From: Chrysomallon squamiferum
Lineage: Eukaryota > Animalia > Mollusca
Length of the DNA stretch: 64,000 nucleotides
NCBI GenBank assembly: GCA_012295275.1
Contig: CM022670.1
Location: forward strand, 1,302,001 to 1,366,000
Reading direction: 5' to 3'
The position numbers and the translations under genes were made by a program. This document shows positions 54,911 through 64,000 of the stretch, in pieces (position 1 is the stretch's first letter; each line of letters starts with the position of its first letter). The notes under the pieces were generated by a model. That model was not told the DNA's origin and made no database searches. It worked only from the letters and a program-made list of their open reading frames with translations.

Positions 54911-56392
54911 CCGACTGATCGATCGACCTGTCTGTCTGTCTATCTATATATGTATTACCTATTTAGCTATTTATCTATCTGTATCTTCAGTCTGTCACTC
55001 TGTATATCTATCTGTCTATCTCTGTCGATAGTTATGTAAATGTATGCTGAAATAATGTTATGTGTCTACGTGTTTCTGTCTCTAATTAGTGAAGTATCCG
55101 TCTACATGCCTATCTCTCGTTTTCTCTCTTGTATTATTTATGAAGCTGTTTGTGTCTGTATACAAATCTACTATCTTTCATTTCTATATATCTGTCTTCT
55201 GTCTGTCTATCTATCTATCCATCTATTTATCTGTTTATAGATAGACAGACAGACAGACAGTCATACAGACAGATAGACAGACAGACAGATATATAGATAG
55301 ATAGATTTCCCTTTCTCTCTATTTATCTCACGGTCTTCCCATGTTTCCCCTCTCTCTCTTTTTCTTTACATGAATACTTCACTGACTGTTGTCATAATAA
55401 ACAACCTTTAAGACAGTCACACAGCCTCTGGGATCGCGCCCGGGTTGGCACTAATCAAGAGTAAAACGAGAACAGGTCGTGCTCTTGTGCTGACCGTAAT
55501 CTCATTAACCCTTTCACTGACGAACCTTGCCATTTAGTGCAGGCAAGTTTATGTTGCTCGAGTTAAGTGTGAATGTAAATCTGAAACCCCAAAAAGGACA
55601 GGACAGAGAGAATAATCCAACGAGGCAGTATAAATAACAACATAACAAAAACAACAGCAGTCATATTAATAATAAAAAAAAAGGTTAAGAAGAAGAAGAA
55701 GAAAAGGATCACAAAAACGTCAGAAAACGACTACACAGAGAGTTACTAAGAGAAAGCGTAAAACTAAAATCCCAATAAATTTCTTTTAAGGTATGATCAC
55801 ACTGCACGAAAGGTCTTACCAACTAAAGAGAGCAACTGAATCGTCATGTTTGTCATTAAGTACTTTACAGTTAAGGTATCCTCGCTGACATGTTTTCCAA
55901 TAAGAATTCCATTTGTTTCAAAGAATGCTTACATACTTATATATATATATATATATATATATTCATATATAGGTAAGTTCGTGAGATTTTTGTAAATGAA
56001 TAAATGACTGTATGAATGATAAACATCGTACCACATTTTCTCTATGAAAAGGTGTCTGATGTGAAACGTGTTAGTTTTGTTTGGGTAATGATGAAATCAC
56101 TGAGTGAACTTGACACAGAAAAGGAATGTTTTCTTAAGTTTGTTAGCGTTGAAAGTTTGCTGTGTATCTGATGATTGTTTAACAGACATGGATTTTTGTT
56201 ACAGGACATTCCCATTAGCAGTAAATAGCAAACATCTGAATGAAAGCAGGAGAGAGGTCGGCAGAAGGACCAGTGAGTTCTTTGACCAAACATACGTCAT
56301 ACCAGTTACCTACAACAGAGCTGTAGTTTGTGCATTATGAAGAATAGATTCAATAACAAAAAGATCTGAAAAACAATAATAATAATAATATA

Positions 56393-56434
<42 letters not shown>

Positions 56435-56924
56435 TTTTTTTTTTTTTTTTTTTTAAAAACCCTGTAAATTACGGAAATCCGGAGGGAAATAAATTGTCGA
56501 CAAGTTAACTGTTTTATTCCTCAATGTGAATCCCTTAACTGCTTATGTGCCGTGTATTAATGAAGTGCTTAAAACTAGTCACGAAACCTTTTAAGAGTAG
56601 AATCATCCTCCGCGTAAGTGAAGGTTTAGAAGGAACTATTTTAATCGTTCCAAATATAAACTTCAGCTGCATCGCTTAATTCGCTTTAATAAACATTTAT
56701 TTAAACAAACGTGTAATTGAAGCTAAATGTTTTTTGGGGTTTTTTTTAAATAGCGGCTTTGAAATAAAATTTGCGTGTCTGCGAACATTATTTTTATTTT
56801 TGGATCGTAAATATTTAATTTAACTAAGTTTAAAGGAAAATTACTTTGTATCCATTGCTTTAGCGTATTAGTACATTTTGCATCTCAGTAAAAGCATTTC
56901 TCTTTGTATTCCTTTAGTTGTATC

Positions 56925-57075
56925 CCATGCCAGCCTGGAGCTCACCACTGGCTTATCTAAGGCCGTCGTAGGTGCGTTCCTGTATATGGGAAGGTATATA
57001 TCAAAAATCCTCTGCTGCTTAGTAATCGATACAGATAGAAATGAAGAGTGGAGGTGGCGGATTTCCTCTCAGAAC
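56925..57075 (+). mobile_element. Diverged SINE central domain (Nin/Deu-domain-like)
   Basis: CCACTGG..ATCTAAGGCCGTCGTAGGTGC..TCCTGTATATGGGAAGGTATATATCAAAAATCCTCTGCTGCT...GCGGATTTCCTCTC resembles, from memory, the Nin-domain consensus seen in gastropod SINEs (aaggccgtggtatgtgctatcctgtctgtgggatggtgcatataaaagatcccttgctgct...gcgggtttcctctc). Confidence 0.55.
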
Positions 57076-57259
57076 ATCATTCTACGTGAAACTCTTTTAT
57101 GACAGTTGATAACCATGTGTTGAAGTGAACTTCGATGTCTGGTTCATTTATCTATAATCCTCTGTTGCTCCGATCCTGCTTCAAACACACTGAAATTTTC
57201 TGAAATTGTTTTTCATCATTTGCTGACACTGCAACCTTGTTTTGTGCTATAGATAACAG

Positions 57260-57314
<55 letters not shown>

Positions 57315-57683
57315 GTTACTCCTCACGCTGGGATCAATATCTACTATTTACTGATGGTGTTTTCATAAATTCATGATGATCGATGCGTGATATCTGATGT
57401 GTTGTGATATTAATCATGGTGTGAATTAGATGTTTTTATGTAGATGTTAAAACAATATGTACTGTAACAATAGCGGTGTAATTTTTGTTTGGTTTGCTTG
57501 TTAAGACTTTTTCTCTCTCTCCCGTTCTCTCTCTTTCTCTTTATTTATCACTCCCACTGTATGTATGTATGTATGTATGTATGTATGTATGTATGTATGT
57601 ATGCATGTATGTATATGTGTGTGTGAATCTGTCTTTATATGTTTATTTAGATGTAATTACGTATGTATCTCCATAACATTTTT

Positions 57684-57790
<107 letters not shown>

Positions 57791-59424
57791 CTAAGGTTTG
57801 TGCGTCAGTTACTGGTGTGTATGTGTGAGCGTGGTGTGTGTGTGTTGTGTATGCGTGTGTCTGTGTCTATGTGTGTCGGTGTTATTTTCCTTTTCATTAT
57901 ACGGTTTTTAATATTGATCAATAAAATTCTTTCAATTTCGCTGTGAAACTGTTAACTGAATTTTATGTCTTATTCAGGTATTTAAAATCTAACACATTTT
58001 AATGTGTTTTCGTTTCCTCTAGAGAATTTCGAGCTGTAAAAGCAATCTTCTGAGTCGTTATTTTGTTTCCAGTTTGTGTTAGTTTATGTTTTTACGCTGG
58101 CTATACGTGAAACTACGTAATGTTTTTAATGTTTTTTATCTGTCTTTTTTTTCTTCACTAGACTTGACAGCTTCATTATTTTGCACTTTTATATTTATTC
58201 CTTTTATTCCTAAATAAAATATATTTAAAAGGTTTTTGTATTTGTTTCATAATTTTGCCATAACAAATGTTTTGTGCTTGGAGAACAAAAAGAAAAGGAT
58301 TAATAGAAATGAGAATGTTAGGTTCGCCATTTCGAAAAATAATAAATATATTTTGAATTCAGAAGGTCAGTATGATGCCATATTTTTTCTCTTACATCAT
58401 ACATCTAATATTACCTCATCAGTTAAACTCTTCCTAACCAATTACATCTCGAGACAGGTCATTTGTCAGCAAGCATCCAATTTCAGCCTACAAACTCTCT
58501 AGAACCTGAACACAGCACTTGCATCTGAAAGTTTCGTTTTATTTCATTTGACGGCGTATTAAGATTAATTTTATGTTAGCAACTGTTGATGTCGTCAAAT
58601 AGTCGTTTACTTCTAGCCTTCCGAGGAAATGTTTTTTTTTTTTTCTTCTCTAAGCTGTAAGGGATTTTTTGACTATTTGCAGGAAAGCATCCACCAAAAT
58701 CTTTCATATATATCTGAAACCAAATGTGATACAACAACTTAAACGCATATGCATTCGCACAGTAAACAAATAAACACAAACAGAGAGACCCGAGGTCTAC
58801 AGCTATAATACACATCCTCGACATAATTACGTTGACAGGTTTTGTAACAAACCTTGTTAAAAACGGATGTGACTTGTTCCTACATCGTTTGTAATTTCCT
58901 CCATATTGAAGACCACTCACACGGCTACTACGAAGGGCACGATAACGTTGGCAATGAAGCCGTTGGACGTACAACGAAATCCTGCGTACAGGCATCAGGT
59001 TAGTTATTTCCTCCGTCAGTCGTGCAGTAGACTCTGTCGAATCGCTCCGTGCAGGTGTTGTTCTTGTTCAGCAATACAAATAAACAAGACATGGGAAACT
59101 TCTGTTTAAGCCAATGACGACAAGTAAACATCATGAAAATGCTATTTTAGTCTTTTATTTATATATATGGATTTATTAACAGAAGCTTTTTTTATTATAA
59201 AGATATGTTCATTTGTTCAGAATTAAAATATATGAATTTTAGTTTAGAAATAACTTCGTAAACGTGTTTTGCTGTGGTGTTATATATTTTTTTTTTTCAA
59301 AGGTATTCTTTTTGTAATATGCATTTTGTTTTGTTTCTTTGTTTGTTGATGTTGATGCTGTTGCCTCTGCTGCTGCTATTGCTGTTGGAGAGGTTAGTTG
59401 CTGTGGTGGATTTATGTCTTTCTT

Positions 59425-59467
<43 letters not shown>

Positions 59468-60225
59468 GGTTAAGTTAAAAATTGTTCTCTTTCTGTATCT
59501 GCCTGTCTCGTTCTCTTACTCTCCTCTTACTACATGTTCCATCATTTCTAAGTTTCTGAATGCACAGCAGAAATGTATAACGTATTAATGAATTGTAAAT
59601 CTTTTGACACAACAAAAAGAAGACTACTGCTCCGTTTTAATTTGCACGCGATCTTCACATCAAATATGATACGGCTCTTCTGCATAGGACAACAAAAACA
59701 ATTCACAACATTCTACATTTTGATAATTCTCAGCGTCCGTGGTAACTGTAACAGTTCTAGTGCTAACCATTAATCTATATATTTCATTACCGGCTTGGCA
59801 GCTTATTCGGTGAACACGGGTTATATCAATACTGTTCAGAGCTGCCTAATTTAGAAGGCAACGTTCTTTTCAACAAGTTATATATCACTGACTGGTATCC
59901 AGAAGACAACACTGTCAGCTGTAGATCAGAGGTTTCAGAAATAGGCCAGAGGTGGATTCATTTCGGGGAATGTAGCTTTGTAGATCAGTGGGGTTTTATC
60001 ATGAAGAAAATCGGTTGAAAAATGTAGATGAGGTTCCCGTCCCATGCATTCGCACTTCGTTTTTAGTGTTTAGCGTAATTTAACATTCTTGTTTGCATAT
60101 CCCAGACTGTTCTGTTGATTGTTTTTATTCATCATCATAACCACCATCACTGTCATAATTATCCTAGTATTATCATCATCATTATCATCATCATTATCAT
60201 CATCATTATCATCATCATTATCATC

Positions 60226-60288
<63 letters not shown>

Positions 60289-61309
60289 TTGTTGTTGTTG
60301 TTGGTATTACCCTGAATACGTACATAACTTTTATTTAATAAATGCATTTATTTATTTTCCTGACGAATTGATCCCAAATGATTTGATAATATCGATTTGG
60401 AAAATGAAAGTCAATACCCGGAAAGTGCCGCGAAAGACGATCACTAAACTGCGCTATAAAAAATTCCGTCCTATTTTGTTACTCTTTGTCAGGAGGGTGA
60501 TAAAGCAAATTCAAAAAAAAAACACCCAAATTTAAAAAAAAAAACATCCTATTGAATTTTTAAATAATTTCGTAAAATACCGTAAGGAAAGAAAATGGTT
60601 TTTGTTAATCTTTAAAAAAAGTGTGATAAAACAAATTCATCTGTTAGGTCTATGTCAAAAAAAAAATTTTCATCCTTTTAGTAAATAGAACACTGTTATT
60701 ATACTTTGAAAGGTTTTGAAAATGGTTTCTTTACTAAACTCTTGAAAAAAATCTGCTTCAACCCTCGTGAAAATTAGGTCTATTCAAAAAACCGTAATTG
60801 TTTTCAAAGACGTTTTCCGTGGACCAAGTCAGATTCTAGATTTTAACAACAGCTCATTACCCTTTTACTTTATCGTCATATTCGGGGGCAAATATGCGCC
60901 ACTTAATAACATTAGCAAAGTGTAAAGGACACAGATGGACATGTCTCTATAACGTCACTTGACTGTGAAACGTAACTTTTTCACACCTGAACTGACAGTT
61001 AATTAGTTCGAGAACTGGCATTAAAAACAATCAAAGATAATAATCTGGTCTATGTAATCATCTTCTTTTGCTCGCACATCGGTCAGCTAACTGTAATCTG
61101 CTGGTGGTGGTCAGAAAATGCGTGGGCAGCTCAGTAGCAAACATTAATTGATGTGGGAGGTAAAATACAAAGAGCATCATAATAGATGTCTCATTTTCTG
61201 TCTGACTTATGAATCTTATTCTCCTTTGAGTTTAACAAACATTTTATTCCTGTCTCTCTAGGGATTCTCATTACCCTGATTACCCACCTGGGATCTTTTT
61301 ATATCTCTC

Positions 61310-62120
61310 ATTCAGGTCTGAGTTTTCGGATTTCTCTAACGTCCGAGTTCCGAAATCTCTATCACGTCCAATGTTTTGTCACGTATTCGTTTTAGATTTC
61401 TACTTTTCGTACCTCTATCACGGTCGATTTCTAAGGTCTCTCACACACAGTTTTGAAATCTCTTTTCAAGTCGGTATTTTGAGATATCTATGTATTTTGA
61501 AATATCTCTCTCTACCACATCAGCGTTTTGAGATATCTCTATCATGTGCGATTTGTAACATTCTATCACTCCATCCATCCCTTTCACATCACAATTTTGA
61601 ACTCTTTCTGCCATATCAGCATTTATAGATATTTCTTTCACGTCCGACTTTTGAAATCTGTCTGAAACATATCGACTTGAGTTATATCTGTGATTTTTAG
61701 CATCTCTCTTTCACTTTTTGACGTACCTCTGTAACGTCCGAGCTCTGAGCTATTTCTTTACGTGTGTTTACGTTTCAGCCACGTTCCACTTCCAATATAT
61801 GTTACATTCACGTCTGAGTTTTTGAAATTTCTCATACCATAGATTTTTGTCATACCTTTTGTGAAGTCGAAATTTTGGGATATTTCTTTCAAGTCCGATT
61901 ATTTATATATTTCTTTTATGTCCAATTTGTTACATTTCTTTCACAATATTCTTGATATCTCTCTTTAAGTCCGAATTCTTAGATATCTCTATCACGTCCG
62001 ATTTGGAAAATGTCTGTCACAATATGGATTCCTGATATCTCTGTCGTATCCGATCTCTAACCTCTCTCTTACACTATGAGTTGTTGACATCCTTCTTATA
62101 CGTCCGAATTCTAAAATTTA
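61310..62120. repeat. Old, highly degenerate tandem repeat, unit about 27-30 bp, near GATATCTCTATCACGTCCGAGTTTTGA
   Basis: Recurrent ATCTCTATCACGTCC / TTTCACGTCCGA / TTTTGAGATATCT fragments (e.g. 61355, 61530, 61635, 61735, 61982, 62100). Confidence 0.65.
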
Positions 62121-64000
62121 TCAAAGCCTGTGTTGTAATCTTTCTTTCATGTAGGCCTTACTTTAGTTTTTCAATATTAAGCACAGGAGATTATGGACTA
62201 ATGTCATTTGAACATTGATTCTATAATTATTTCTGTCATCATTAATTGAAAAATATGCCGATAATGATAACTAAAATATCTCTTTTAGGAATTAATAAAT
62301 AAAGTTCACTGAAATGCCGTCAAAAAGATCATTCATTCCTTTCCATATAATGACGATAATCGCCAATTCAAGCTGAGATGTCGTGTAACAACATATTTAT
62401 TATTTATTTTCTAAACACTTTACAAGCACACCAGTGAACTTCCTAAAATTGCTCTGTACACCAGCAAGCCGATGGCTAAAGGGAAAATTCATGTTTCAAC
62501 TTGTTTTCGTGGCGATTCTACCTTCGACTGAGGTTCAAGGCTTTCGTGTAATGACCCGCTGTTTCGCTAATTAATTCTACGTACGAGAATGAATACTTAG
62601 ATGAAATAAAAACCGGGGAAGAAGCTGTATAAGGTTCGGGATATCTTCTCAAGGAGAGTTAACTTGTTTATTTTGCAATGTGATCAAAATAAAAGAAATT
62701 TACTTATTATAATTACATATCAGAAGATTCATTTAATGTTTTTGTTAATCATTATTTGGTGAATCGTTTAGATTTCGACTCTCCATTTTTCGAATGAAGT
62801 CGGGGTTTTCCATGTAGAATTTTTTAATTACGTTTTTTTGTTTAGGTTTAATGTGCAGTGTTACTACTGTTATCATGTTTTCTCAAATACGTATCGATAA
62901 TAAAGATTATTAGATGTCAAACAGTTGAAACATAGCTATCAAACTCTTAATTTGTGATTGTCGTTATTTTTATGAGAGGTTTCTGGTCTATTAATCTAAA
63001 ATGTCAGTGAAAATATATATGTATGTGTGTATTTCTGTATGATGTTGTGTTTATTATTTGCTTTTAACGATCCCAAAAAAACAACATAATAATTATTTTT
63101 AAAAACAGAGAAACGATATACATATTAATTTTATTATATTTTAATGTGGAAAAATTATCATTACTTAAAAGTAGATAATTAATAAATACTATTATAAAAT
63201 CCTGGATTGAGCTCAAAACTAAAGATCACGCCATAAATAAAAAAATTAAAAAAATTAAAAATTTAAAATTAATCGAAATAATGACAGTATCATATCAGAT
63301 AATGTATATATTTTTATTTTAGATTTATTATTCCATTTTTGTTTCATTTTTCAATTTGTTTAATTCAAGTTCATAAACTGAGTAAGCCGCAGGTTATCGC
63401 GGACTTTCTACCAATGATTTTAGTCGCAGTGAAAATTACTTGTCTTTTCAGATTCACGGACGTAGTTTGACACTGAGATTCAAGTTAAGCTCGAGGCTCT
63501 GCATTGTTAGTTTTATGTATTGTAATGTGAACATTGAGTGAACGTTTTACTCAATCAATACGCTAAAAACCTGAAGCGTGTCCACTTTGCTTCTTCTCAT
63601 ATACATGGCTTAGAAAAATCCACATCATAATTTCCCTGTAATATTGCATGATCATAAAAATTGCAGCATTTCGCATTTTTATTTTAGCATCAGTGAGTAT
63701 TCATCATCAGGAAAAGGTGATTAGAATTTAGGTAACAGTGTCATGTTGTGATTTGTTGGCAAGGTTATAATTATTCTCTGGTGGCTGATAAAACAATTTC
63801 TGAATGAAATTCGATCAACTATAAATGGAGGAAGAAAAATAAAATTGTCCGGAACATTTGTGATAAAAACTGTATGGACCATAAGATACGGTTTTTATTA
63901 TTTGTAACCAGAACACGTACTCATTTAAATTCCATTATTTCCTTTTATATCCATCAGTAATTGGAGGAAACTTTAAACCCCCAAGCGCAAATGTAAACCG

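Overview
AT-rich, microsatellite-dense animal genomic DNA with spliceosomal GT-AG introns; a Nin/Deu-like SINE body hints at a mollusc (gastropod), but this is not certain. Most ORFs in the supplied track are microsatellite artefacts. Manual splicing of the minus strand in the first 19 kb reveals a tandem gene family that the ORF track only partly shows. Locus A (5689 to beyond the left edge, at least 7 exons) encodes a type II membrane protein: cytoplasmic PPxY/YxxΦ motifs, TM helix, EGF-like module, a ~175-aa domain resembling the betaglycan/endoglin orphan region, a Thr-rich linker, and a phage-tail/ALK-type glycine-rich domain. Loci B (12443-14679) and C (15548-18137) are shorter forms (16-nt micro-exon, EGF, same domain, stop; C has a clear signal-peptide exon). 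Their introns reach ~93% identity while the domain exon is only ~53% identical in amino acids. Locus D (18398-18756) is an A-like copy with an in-frame deletion that fuses two exons. The window also holds a 28-bp satellite, an internally deleted Tc1 element, a decayed L2/CR1 LINE, SINE remnants, a 24-bp CRE-containing minisatellite, several inverted and direct duplications, and one isolated plus-strand 222-aa ORF at 48757-49425. Exon coordinates and identities were derived by hand; family assignments come from remembered motifs, not database searches.
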